From: Candidatus Omnitrophota bacterium
GTDB taxonomy: Bacteria; Omnitrophota; Gorgyraeia; Zapsychrales; Zapsychraceae
Direction of reading: 5' to 3'
Length of the DNA stretch: 64,000 nucleotides
Assembly (NCBI GenBank): GCA_023247445.1
Contig: JAHFGL010000003.1
Coordinates: 78,128 to 142,127 of the forward strand
How positions within the stretch are numbered: position 1 is the stretch's first letter; every line of letters starts with the position of its first letter. Below the pieces are notes generated by a model. That model was not told where the DNA came from, did not search any database, and worked only from the letters and a program-made list of their open reading frames with translations. Shown piece after piece: positions 21,004 through 29,476 of the stretch. Position numbers and translations under genes: made by a program.

Positions 21004-22125
21004 ATGAAACGCCTCCTTGAAGCAAAAATTAAACTAGATTTAGACCAAAAAATTGTTCTTTTAAGTGGTCCCCGCCAAGTAGGAAAGACAACCCTTGCCA
21101 AGGCACTTTATCCAGACACAGCAGAATATTTTAATATGGACAATGAGGCGCATCGTCTTCTTATCAAAAAGCAGGCTTGGCGCCGTGATTGTGATTTGGT
21201 CATTTTTGATGAATTGCATAAAATCAAAAAATGGAAAAGTTGGATTAAGGGGATCTATGATACGGAAGGCGTTAGACCACGTCTTCTGGTCACTGGGTCT
21301 TCACGGCTAGATACCTTTCGCAAAGGTGGCGATTCGCTTGCCGGGCGATTTTATCATTTTCGGCTTCATCCTTTTTCTGTAGCCGAGATCAAAGGCAATG
21401 ATTCTTCAGATAATATCCTAGAAAAGATTATGAGGGTCGGTGGGTTTCCTGAACCATTTCTAAAAGATAGCGAAGAAGCCGCCAAGCGTTGGCGCCGTTC
21501 GCATATCGATCGTATTTTACATGAAGATATTTTTGATGTTTCATCGCTTCGGGATATCCGCGGCCTCGAAACGTTGGTGGAATTATTACGTAATTGCGTC
21601 GGGAGTACCGTATCCTTTGAATCATTGTCCCGAGACCTGCAAGTTTCTCCACACACGGTTAAGCAATGGGTTAGTATTCTAGAAAGCCTTTATATTCTTT
21701 TTGTCGTAACACCCTATTCACGTAATATCGCCAGAAGTCTTTTAAAACAACCAAAAATTTATTTCTACGATACAGGTTTTGTCAAAGAAGATGAGGGGGC
21801 AAGATTTGAGAATACGGTAGCGTGTTCTCTTTTGAAACGACTCCATTTTTTAGAAGATACTAAAGGTGAGAAATGCGCACTCCATTATTTACGCGACAAA
21901 GAAAAAAAAGAAGTGGATTTTTTAACGGTGCGTGACGGCCAGCCGGAATGGTTAATTGAAGCTAAAATTTCCGATCAAAATACGTCTACGCTTAATCATT
22001 TTGCTAGCTTTTTACCTAAGAAAACGGAGCCAATCCTTCTTGTGAAAAATCTTAATCGGGAACTTTTTTTAAATGGGGTCAAGGTCAAAAGAGCTGCTCA
22101 ATGGTTACAAAATCTGGAAGCCTAA
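21004..22125 (+). CDS. AAA+ superfamily ATPase with a C-terminal DUF4143-type domain (COG1373-like).
   Basis: 373 aa with Walker A GPRQVGKTT and Walker B VIFDELH. This ATPase + DUF4143 architecture is widespread. Confidence 0.65.
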   Translation: MKRLLEAKIKLDLDQKIVLLSGPRQVGKTTLAKALYPDTAEYFNMDNEAHRLLIKKQAWRRDCDLVIFDELHKIKKWKSWIKGIYDTEGVRPRLLVTGSSRLDTFRKGGDSLAGRFYHFRLHPFSVAEIKGNDSSDNILEKIMRVGGFPEPFLKDSEEAAKRWRRSHIDRILHEDIFDVSSLRDIRGLETLVELLRNCVGSTVSFESLSRDLQVSPHTVKQWVSILESLYILFVVTPYSRNIARSLLKQPKIYFYDTGFVKEDEGARFENTVACSLLKRLHFLEDTKGEKCALHYLRDKEKKEVDFLTVRDGQPEWLIEAKISDQNTSTLNHFASFLPKKTEPILLVKNLNRELFLNGVKVKRAAQWLQNLEA

Positions 22126-22484
22126 TTTTCAATTGCCACAACGCAGGGGCTGCTTGTGTCGAATATCTAAAAAAGTGTGTGTCTCTTTTAACGAGAAATC
22201 AAATAATGCGTTCCAATATTCCAATTCAGCGAGATTATGCGTCTAAATGGTGGGTATCGTCTATTAACTATATATTTGTATTTATTTTCTTCGTTGTTTC
22301 TGCCCTTTTACATTTTTCTGAGGGATTTTTGGTAGCTTTTTTTTTATTCTTTATTTTTGCTATGGAAAATATAGTTATTATTGCAATTCAGATTTTTCAA
22401 AGAAAGTTTCTATATGCAATTTTGAACACAATGCTCTTCATTCTTATTGCAGGAACTCTACTAAGAATTATGATGGAACAATAA
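22101..22484 (+). CDS. Hypothetical small membrane protein.
   Basis: 127-aa ORF. The likely true start is the internal Met at ~22206 (MRSNIPIQ...). It has 3 predicted TM helices. Confidence 0.3.
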   Translation: MVTKSGSLIFNCHNAGAACVEYLKKCVSLLTRNQIMRSNIPIQRDYASKWWVSSINYIFVFIFFVVSALLHFSEGFLVAFFLFFIFAMENIVIIAIQIFQRKFLYAILNTMLFILIAGTLLRIMMEQ

Positions 22485-22702
22485 TCCTAGGAGATGACAT
22501 CAAAACATTTAAAGCCTGTGACTGAGGTATAAACGAATGCAATGTTTAATTTAAAGAATACACTGAATGATATAGAATTTTTAAAAAAATTTTATTTTCG
22601 AGGATGGAGAAGACAAATGGATAAAATATTGTAGATGAGAATTAGTAGGGGTAGAACACGCCATCATGAAGTTAAAATTGTAATTAATCCCAAGAGAAGG
22701 GT

Positions 22703-23149
22703 ATGAACTATATTATCTACATAGTAAAAAGTGTTCTCCTAGCAATTTTATGTGCAGTCTTTACATTCGTGGCCTTTGCCTGTCTTTGGTACGTGGCGTC
22801 AAACCCAAATTCCTTTTTTATATTTGGTATTGTTTTATTAGTCACCTTGGCGGCAATAATGTATACAATTGATTCCTTGCGCAGATCAGTCATAAAAGAT
22901 ACAGGGAGATCAAAGGCTTTTAATTATGCCTGCATCGGTATATTAATTGGAATTGTTATTGCCATTATTAAATGGAAATGGGACCTTTCTAAATACTTTC
23001 AGGCAAGGGGAACGCAAGAAACTTACGGTGCTGATATTGTTGAACTATTAATGTCGATTGTCTTTTTTTCTGTCTTAGGATTTATTGGCGGCTTATTTAT
23101 TGGATTAATACGAGTAAAAAGATATAAAAATATTCCGAAATTGCCATGA
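22703..23149 (+). CDS. Hypothetical membrane protein (4 TM).
   Basis: 148 aa, hydrophobic. It overlaps the start of the next gene by 4 bp, which suggests an operon. Confidence 0.4.
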   Translation: MNYIIYIVKSVLLAILCAVFTFVAFACLWYVASNPNSFFIFGIVLLVTLAAIMYTIDSLRRSVIKDTGRSKAFNYACIGILIGIVIAIIKWKWDLSKYFQARGTQETYGADIVELLMSIVFFSVLGFIGGLFIGLIRVKRYKNIPKLP

Positions 23150-25014
23150 AGTTAAAAGCGTGTTTAAAAAGGTTTCTTGCCAGCGATTGGGTTGTTGTTG
23201 CCGGTTTAACGTTTATTTTCTTTTTAACCCACGGGTATCGATTTGCCTGGGATGACCATCCCATGGAAATTCCCCTTCTTAAAAGCCTCATCGACCACGA
23301 GCTATTTACCCGTGATTATTTCGTTACCAGCACCAAACAATATCTCTTAACCTATTTTTTTATTATCTTGTCGAAATTAATAACCATTAAGCAGATTGAG
23401 TTGGTGTATTTCATTTTATTTTGGGTGTCGCGCTATTTTATGTTTTTCTGGATGTATAAATTGTGGTTACTCATCTCAAAAAATAAATTAACAAGTTTCT
23501 GCTGCGTCTTAAGTTTTGAAGTGTTGGTGCGGTATCAGCTATTTCTTTATCTTACGTTTTCGGAATCAGAATGGACCTTTGCCTTTATTTTTGCCGGTTT
23601 TTACTATTTCTTTAAAGAAAGGTATCTTCTGGCGTCGATCATTTTGGGTGTTGCGGCAAATTTTCATGCCTTATTTGCGGCTTTCCCGATGATGTATGTA
23701 CTGGCTTATTTGATGTTCAAGGTAAAAGACTTAGGATGGAAGCCATTGGTCAATTCATTGTTGGCCTTTTTGATTTGCGCATCGCCAGTTTTAATTTGGT
23801 TTGTGAAAAAGATTCTTTTTCCACCGGCACTTGCTCCCGAGTTGCAATCAATGGATTGGATACAGCTTTATAAGGAACACTGCGAGTATATGTTTCGTTA
23901 TGGCACCGCTGCTCTTAGCCAAACTTTTCCTAACTCAGGGGCTTTTATTAAGAACGAGGCTGTTCATTTCGATATTTTTGTTATTTCTTTATTGTTTTTT
24001 AATCTTTGTCATAACCCCACATTCCGTAAAGAAACAAAAACGATGACAATCTTTTTTGTTGGAATGACGTTAATGATTTTTGATGTGCTGTGTGCTTATT
24101 TTTTCCCCAACGAACTTAGTATGACGATACAGTTCCGTCGGCATGAACCGTATCTTATAATTTTCTTGATTGGCTATACGACACTAGCGCTACGAACGAT
24201 TTCTTTGAAAGAAACCGTTTGGACATCCGCATTTCTGGGGATTATGTATTATCATCTGGGCAACAAGGATTTATTAAGCGCATCGATGTTATTGGCGGCG
24301 ACGTGTTTATTATTTGTGACACGAAGTAAATCCTATAACAAGATTCCTCAACTAGTAATATCTATTTTGGGTGTTATTGGTGTTTTTGTTTCTTTAAAGC
24401 TTTATGTGTATCAATTGCACCTGATGGGGATCAATCCTTTTCGAGAGATGTTTTTTAAGATTGTTTTAACAGTTTTCGGTGTTTCTTCATTAAGCACGTT
24501 AATTTTTCGTAACCCGAAATATCATGGCCAAATAAAGGCGTTATTTATTATTGTTCCGTTAAGCATATTCGTCTTCGGCTATACGCAGCGACATATTCAA
24601 GAAGTAAAGAAACCTAAATCATCCATTGATATTGTGCGGGACGATTTTAAAGAAATGGCCCTATATGCCAAGGATCACACGCCGAAGAGTGCGCTATTTT
24701 TGATTCCCTATGATTTGTCTTATGACAATTTTAGAGTTTTCTCTGAGCGCAATGTTCTCTATAACGATCAAGACATCGCTATTTTTCCCTATGACAAGAA
24801 TTTTATTTTAGAACGAAAGAAGAAGTTATCTTATATCGGTGATTTTAAAATTAGAGCAGAGCGCCCCGTCAATGACGCGGTTAAGAATGCCATTTTGGTT
24901 TATCATGTCGACTATATTGTTTTCCCATCTTACAACATGCCGCCAAGTTCAGCGATATTAGAACGCATTCATACAACATCGCTTTTGGGGCTATATAAAG
25001 TCAATTATCTGTGA
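23146..25014 (+). CDS. Large polytopic membrane protein, possibly a GT-C-type glycosyl- or lipid-modifying enzyme.
   Basis: 622 aa with >10 predicted TM helices and a C-terminal soluble region. No diagnostic motif is recognisable. Confidence 0.4.
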   Translation: MKLKACLKRFLASDWVVVAGLTFIFFLTHGYRFAWDDHPMEIPLLKSLIDHELFTRDYFVTSTKQYLLTYFFIILSKLITIKQIELVYFILFWVSRYFMFFWMYKLWLLISKNKLTSFCCVLSFEVLVRYQLFLYLTFSESEWTFAFIFAGFYYFFKERYLLASIILGVAANFHALFAAFPMMYVLAYLMFKVKDLGWKPLVNSLLAFLICASPVLIWFVKKILFPPALAPELQSMDWIQLYKEHCEYMFRYGTAALSQTFPNSGAFIKNEAVHFDIFVISLLFFNLCHNPTFRKETKTMTIFFVGMTLMIFDVLCAYFFPNELSMTIQFRRHEPYLIIFLIGYTTLALRTISLKETVWTSAFLGIMYYHLGNKDLLSASMLLAATCLLFVTRSKSYNKIPQLVISILGVIGVFVSLKLYVYQLHLMGINPFREMFFKIVLTVFGVSSLSTLIFRNPKYHGQIKALFIIVPLSIFVFGYTQRHIQEVKKPKSSIDIVRDDFKEMALYAKDHTPKSALFLIPYDLSYDNFRVFSERNVLYNDQDIAIFPYDKNFILERKKKLSYIGDFKIRAERPVNDAVKNAILVYHVDYIVFPSYNMPPSSAILERIHTTSLLGLYKVNYL

Positions 25015-25069
25015 GCAAAATTCGTGGTGTTCACGATAGAACCATTGTATTATTGGATAAAAATAAATA
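24886..25069. repeat. 184-bp direct repeat, copy 1 (3' end of the 622-aa gene plus ~55 bp downstream).
   Basis: Near-identical to 28026-28209, with about 6 mismatches. Confidence 0.9.
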
Positions 25070-25188
25070 ACATCAAGGCGATATAATTTTCGATATGTGT
25101 TTTGGAATTATGTGGCCGTATTAGGAACGAGAGGATTAAGCCTTCCCACTATCAAACGTAAAGTTCATGAGATTCTTAAGAAGGAAAT

Positions 25189-25512
25189 ATGAGAGTAATG
25201 AAGAAGACCTTGCTTGTTAATATAATGATTCTTCTTAGCTATGTGACTTTGTTAGGCCTTGGCTATGGATTTTATACTAGGGGTTTTCCTCCTCGTGGCG
25301 AAAATTATGCTTCATTAGGCACGGCCCTTTTAACTGTGCTTCTTATTTTTGTACATTTATTTTGCAATTTAGTTTTGTCGTTTATCTTTTTTTATCTTAA
25401 GGATAAAGAGAAGGGAAAGGCTTATCTATTGAGCATTGCGGTGATTGCCATCATAGGTGTCCCAGCTTGTTTTGGTGGAACTTTTTTGACAGATTGGATT
25501 CAACGATTTTGA
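25189..25512 (+). CDS. Small membrane protein, paralog A.
   Basis: 107 aa with 3 TM helices. Paralogous to 25553-25846 (similar N-terminus KTLLVNIMILLSYVTLL and C-terminal CFGG/CFAG motif). Confidence 0.45.
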   Translation: MRVMKKTLLVNIMILLSYVTLLGLGYGFYTRGFPPRGENYASLGTALLTVLLIFVHLFCNLVLSFIFFYLKDKEKGKAYLLSIAVIAIIGVPACFGGTFLTDWIQRF

Positions 25513-25552
25513 TTACCCAATTTTCGATAATTTATTAGTAAGGAGATAAAAG

Positions 25553-25846
25553 ATGACCTTAACTAGAAAAATACTATGGGTGAATGTGATCATACTTTTT
25601 GCATACTTAACCTTGCTAAATATGGCCCTTAAAGCAGAAGGAAATAAGGCGGGACTTGGCTTTTTAATATTAGCAGCTTTTTCACTTGGATTGCATTTAG
25701 TGATTAACCTTATAATTGCAATTATAATGTTTTGTCGAGGGAAAGAAGATATCGGAAGAGCTTTTTTGTTCACTCTTCCTCTTATTTTAGTCATTGGTTT
25801 TCCCATGTGTTTTGCCGGTGTTGGGTTGCTTGATAATATACATTAA
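25553..25846 (+). CDS. Small membrane protein, paralog B.
   Basis: 97 aa. Tandem paralog of 25189-25512. Confidence 0.45.
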   Translation: MTLTRKILWVNVIILFAYLTLLNMALKAEGNKAGLGFLILAAFSLGLHLVINLIIAIIMFCRGKEDIGRAFLFTLPLILVIGFPMCFAGVGLLDNIH

Positions 25847-25851
25847 ATATC

Positions 25852-26595
25852 ATGTTTCCAATAAATATAACATTAGGGAAAGTAATTATTAATTCCCATT
25901 TGCTTTTTGAAATATTGGCTTATACGTTAGGTTTTCGTTATTTTTTGTACCTACGAAAAAAAGCGATTGATAGAGTATCAGAATCTAATCGCATCTGGAT
26001 TCTAATAGGTGCTGGATTTGGTGCGGTGATTGGGTCAAGATTATTGGGTTTCTTTAGCACACTAATCTCGGGTTTAAATGTATCCCAAGCTGTTTTATTG
26101 TTTTTTAGCAGTAAATCTATTGTCGGCGGACTTTTGGGAGGGTTGATTGGCGTTGAAATCACCAAGAAATTTTTAAATATAAAATTTTCAACAGGGGATC
26201 TTTTGACATATCCCATTATATTAGCCATGATCATTGGGCGTGTGGGGTGTTTCTTGCAAGGTGTTCATGATGGGACTCATGGTACGGCCTCAACTTTGCC
26301 ATGGGCTATCGATATGGGAGATGGAATCCTTCGGCATCCCACGTCATTATATGAAGTTATTTTTCTAGCTGCTCTATGGGTTGTTTTACGGAAAATTGAC
26401 CACCGCTTAATTGAAGGCGCAAGATTTAAATTATTTATAACAGCTTATCTAGTATTTCGATTCTTTATTGAGTTTATTAAGCCAGTTTATATCTATCCAG
26501 TGGGGATATCCGCTATTCAGATTGTTTGTCTGGCTGGTCTGATCTATTATTGGAAAGTACTATTGTTTTCTCAAAGTTTGTTTAAACAAATCTAA
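25852..26595 (+). CDS. lgt: Prolipoprotein diacylglyceryl transferase (Lgt family).
   Basis: 247 aa. Lgt signature regions are present: GGLLGGLIGV, GRVGCFLQG (cf. GRLGNFINGE), RHPTSLYE (cf. HPSQLYE) and FRFFIEFIKP. Confidence 0.7.
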   Translation: MFPINITLGKVIINSHLLFEILAYTLGFRYFLYLRKKAIDRVSESNRIWILIGAGFGAVIGSRLLGFFSTLISGLNVSQAVLLFFSSKSIVGGLLGGLIGVEITKKFLNIKFSTGDLLTYPIILAMIIGRVGCFLQGVHDGTHGTASTLPWAIDMGDGILRHPTSLYEVIFLAALWVVLRKIDHRLIEGARFKLFITAYLVFRFFIEFIKPVYIYPVGISAIQIVCLAGLIYYWKVLLFSQSLFKQI

Positions 26596-26606
26596 AAAGT
26601 GAGACA

Positions 26607-28013
26607 TTGATGGCCGACCGCAATTATTTATTTTACGATTTTACCACAAGCATCTGTTCACAATGTTTACGCAAAGTAGAGGCCAAGGTTATTTTTCAAG
26701 ATGAGAAAGTTTATTTACTTAAAAATTGTTTGATTCATGGAAAAGAGAAAGTATTAATCGCGACTGACATTGAATATTATAAGATGACGCGTAATTATTT
26801 AAAGCCTCCAAGCATGCCGCTTAAGTTTAATACCACGACACAATTTGGTTGTCCTTATGATTGCGGTTTGTGCCCCGATCATGAGCAGCATTCTTGTTTA
26901 ACGGTCATTGAAATTACCGATCGATGCAATTTGACATGCCCAACCTGTTACGCTGAATCAAGCCCTACGCATGGACGGCATCGAACGGTCGAAGAGATTG
27001 AACAGATGTTTGATATTATTGTCGCTAATGAGGGCGAACCGGATGTTGTTCAGATTAGCGGGGGCGAACCGACACTGCATCCCGATTTTTTTAAGATTCT
27101 TGATATTGCCAAAACAAAACCATTCCGGCATTTGATGATTAACACTAATGGTATTCGTATCGCTAAGGATGAAACTTTTGTCCGGCAGTTAGCGTCTTAC
27201 ATGCCGGGATTTGAAGTCTACTTACAGTTTGATTCCTTTGAGAAAGAGACACTTCAAAAGCTAAGAGGTGAAGATTTAAGAGATGTTCGGGAGCGTGCTC
27301 TTAATAATTTGAATAAATATAATCTTTCAACCACTTTAGTTGTTACCTTGCAAAAAGGATTAAATGATCATGAGATCGGCAAGATTATTCAGTTTGCCTT
27401 AAAGCAAAAATGTGTTCGCGGAGTAACATTGCAACCCACCCAAACGGCTGGCCGACTTGACAATTTCAATCCCGCAACTGATCGTCTTACCTTAACGGAA
27501 GTCCGTCAGGCCATCATTGATCAGAGCAATTTATTTACACCTGATGATTTGCTGCCCGTTCCTTGCAACTCTGATTGCTTGGCAATGGGATATGCGTTAA
27601 AAATTGCTGGACAGGTTATGCCACTTACGCGATTTATTAATCCCAAAGACTTATTAAATGATTCTAAAAATACGATTGTTTATGAGAAAGATCCCGACAT
27701 TCATCGCAAAATTATTAAAGTGTTTGATACGGGAAGGAGTGAGAATGAAATTCCGAAAAATTTGCAGTCACTCTTGTGTTGCTTGCCAAAGATTGTGGCC
27801 CCAAACCTTAATTATGATAATGTCTTTCGCGTGATCATTATGCAATTTTTAGATGCGTACAATTTTGACGTCCGCGCGGTCAAGAAATCTTGTGTCCACA
27901 TTGTCCATAAAGACGGCCGGATTATTCCTTTTGATACGATGAACTTATTTTATCGCGATGATAAAGAAGAATATTTAAAGCGTTTAAAGAATGAAACAGT
28001 TTTAACCAAATGA
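26607..28013 (+). CDS. Radical SAM enzyme with an N-terminal Cys-rich Zn-ribbon-like segment and two CX3CX2C motifs.
   Basis: 468 aa with CPYDCGLC and CNLTCPTCY, a glycine-rich SAM-binding stretch QISGGEPTL, and further C-terminal Cys residues. The architecture recalls the MJ0619 / Tes-like radical SAM family, but that assignment is unverified. Confidence 0.6.
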   Translation: MMADRNYLFYDFTTSICSQCLRKVEAKVIFQDEKVYLLKNCLIHGKEKVLIATDIEYYKMTRNYLKPPSMPLKFNTTTQFGCPYDCGLCPDHEQHSCLTVIEITDRCNLTCPTCYAESSPTHGRHRTVEEIEQMFDIIVANEGEPDVVQISGGEPTLHPDFFKILDIAKTKPFRHLMINTNGIRIAKDETFVRQLASYMPGFEVYLQFDSFEKETLQKLRGEDLRDVRERALNNLNKYNLSTTLVVTLQKGLNDHEIGKIIQFALKQKCVRGVTLQPTQTAGRLDNFNPATDRLTLTEVRQAIIDQSNLFTPDDLLPVPCNSDCLAMGYALKIAGQVMPLTRFINPKDLLNDSKNTIVYEKDPDIHRKIIKVFDTGRSENEIPKNLQSLLCCLPKIVAPNLNYDNVFRVIIMQFLDAYNFDVRAVKKSCVHIVHKDGRIIPFDTMNLFYRDDKEEYLKRLKNETVLTK

Positions 28014-28025
28014 AACAAGTCCATA

Positions 28026-28209
28026 AATGCCATTTTGGTTTATCATGTCGACTATATTGTTTTCCCATCTTACAACATGCCGCCAAGTTCAGCGATATTA
28101 GAACGCATTCATACAACATCGCTTTTGGGGCTATATAAAGTCAATTATCTGTAAGAAAAATCCGTGGCGTTCACGACAGAACCATTGTATTATTGGATAA
28201 AAATAAATA
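28026..28209. repeat. 184-bp direct repeat, copy 2 (noncoding relic of the 622-aa gene 3' end).
   Basis: Matches 24886-25069. It lies immediately after the radical SAM stop codon. Confidence 0.9.
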
Positions 28210-28337
28210 GCAATAATGGCATGGGTTGCGGTCTTTGGGAGTTGCTGGTAGGTAGGGATGATAATGGAGAGAATAGCAAAAGCTTTAGTAGCACAGGGAC
28301 TTATAAAATAGTATACTTTTTGCAAGGAGGATATTTT

Positions 28338-28523
28338 ATGACGGCAAAGCAAGAGGTTCGATCATTGCTTCAGAAGTTACCTAATAATTGTACGCTTGAG
28401 GATATTCAATATCATCTCTATGTTATTGAGAAAATTAATAGAGGCCTTGCGCGGATAAAAAAAGAAGGTGGTATTCCGCACAAAGAAGTTAAAAAACGGT
28501 TGGCTAAATGGATCGTAAAGTAA
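28338..28523 (+). CDS. Type II antitoxin (putative addiction-module component of the RelE/ParE system).
   Basis: 61 aa (MTAKQEVRSLLQKLPNNCTLEDIQYHLYV...) preceded by AAGGAGG. It overlaps the toxin start by 16 bp. The longer six-frame ORF from 28164 begins inside the repeat and is not credible. Confidence 0.6.
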   Translation: MTAKQEVRSLLQKLPNNCTLEDIQYHLYVIEKINRGLARIKKEGGIPHKEVKKRLAKWIVK

Positions 28524-28813
28524 AGTGGTCGCCTGAGGCCTTGGAAGATGTTGAGTCGATTGCGCAGTACATTGCCCGCGATTCGCAATTTTACGCCCGA
28601 TCTACGGTTTCTAAAATCCTCGATTTTTCAGACAGTATCGCCAAATTTCCACAAGTGGGTCGCATCGTCCAAGAATTTAATGATAAAACAATCAGAGAAC
28701 GGTTAGTTTATAGTTATCGTTTAGTGTACAAAATTGAACGTTTTCGCATCCTTGTTATTGCTGTTATCCACGATAAAAGGTTATTTAACTCTATATCAAA
28801 GCGATTTGAATAG
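28508..28813 (+). CDS. Type II toxin, RelE/ParE family.
   Basis: 101 aa (WSPEALEDVESIAQYIARDS...RLVYKIE...ILVIAVIH), the typical ParE/RelE fold signature. Confidence 0.7.
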   Translation: MDRKVKWSPEALEDVESIAQYIARDSQFYARSTVSKILDFSDSIAKFPQVGRIVQEFNDKTIRERLVYSYRLVYKIERFRILVIAVIHDKRLFNSISKRFE

Positions 28814-28941
28814 GACAACTTAAGAAGATTGTAGCAACATACTTTACGGGTAATTCGGGGACACAATACTCAATCCCCGAACTAATTAAGGAATCAAGTA
28901 ATGTGTCTCGGAATTTTTGTTGAATATTCTTGAATTGAAAA

Positions 28942-29424
28942 ATGGATCAAAAAGTTCTTAAATTCAGAAATCCAGATTTAAATTTTATTTCCTATGGAGG
29001 GATAGTGTGTTTTCTAGCTTCATTTCTATCGTTCCCATTTATTATCTTTGATCCATCAAAAAAAGATCTGCACTTAAATTTTACAGATTTTGTTGGCTTA
29101 GCATTTTTTGTCGGCCTGTTCTTCTTTGTATTAACTGTTGTGCCAGCTATCATTTTTCTGAATACATATTGGAAAGAGTTTATTTTTGATTCCAAGAAGA
29201 AAGTCATTACCATTGTGAAAAGAATATTCTTTTTTCGCGTTGGCAAAATCGAAGAAATCCCTTTTAGTTCTGCCTCGTTGGCATTGGAGCATAGATCCCT
29301 TGATGGGGGCCGAGTGTGGTATTTGATTTTAAATACGGGTTATAATCGATTTGATCTTTGCTTTAGTCTTTTTAAAGGCAGGATAGACAAACATAAGACA
29401 CGTTTAGAACAGATTTTAAAATAA
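28942..29424 (+). CDS. Hypothetical membrane protein.
   Basis: 160 aa with 2 TM helices and no recognisable motif. Confidence 0.35.
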   Translation: MDQKVLKFRNPDLNFISYGGIVCFLASFLSFPFIIFDPSKKDLHLNFTDFVGLAFFVGLFFFVLTVVPAIIFLNTYWKEFIFDSKKKVITIVKRIFFFRVGKIEEIPFSSASLALEHRSLDGGRVWYLILNTGYNRFDLCFSLFKGRIDKHKTRLEQILK

Positions 29425-29476
29425 AAAGACTTCTTAAAATTTATGACTGGCTGTTAACGAATGCTGATAAAGATTA

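Noticed and set aside
22101-25846. The run of small hydrophobic ORFs as a holin/lysis cassette or prophage remnant.
   Set aside because: No phage structural, integrase, terminase or endolysin genes are present in the window. The ORFs more likely encode membrane accessory proteins.
28164-28523. 119-aa ORF as a single antitoxin gene.
   Set aside because: Its first ~58 codons lie within the 184-bp duplicated relic. A shorter ORF starting at ATG 28338 with a strong AAGGAGG RBS is the credible antitoxin.
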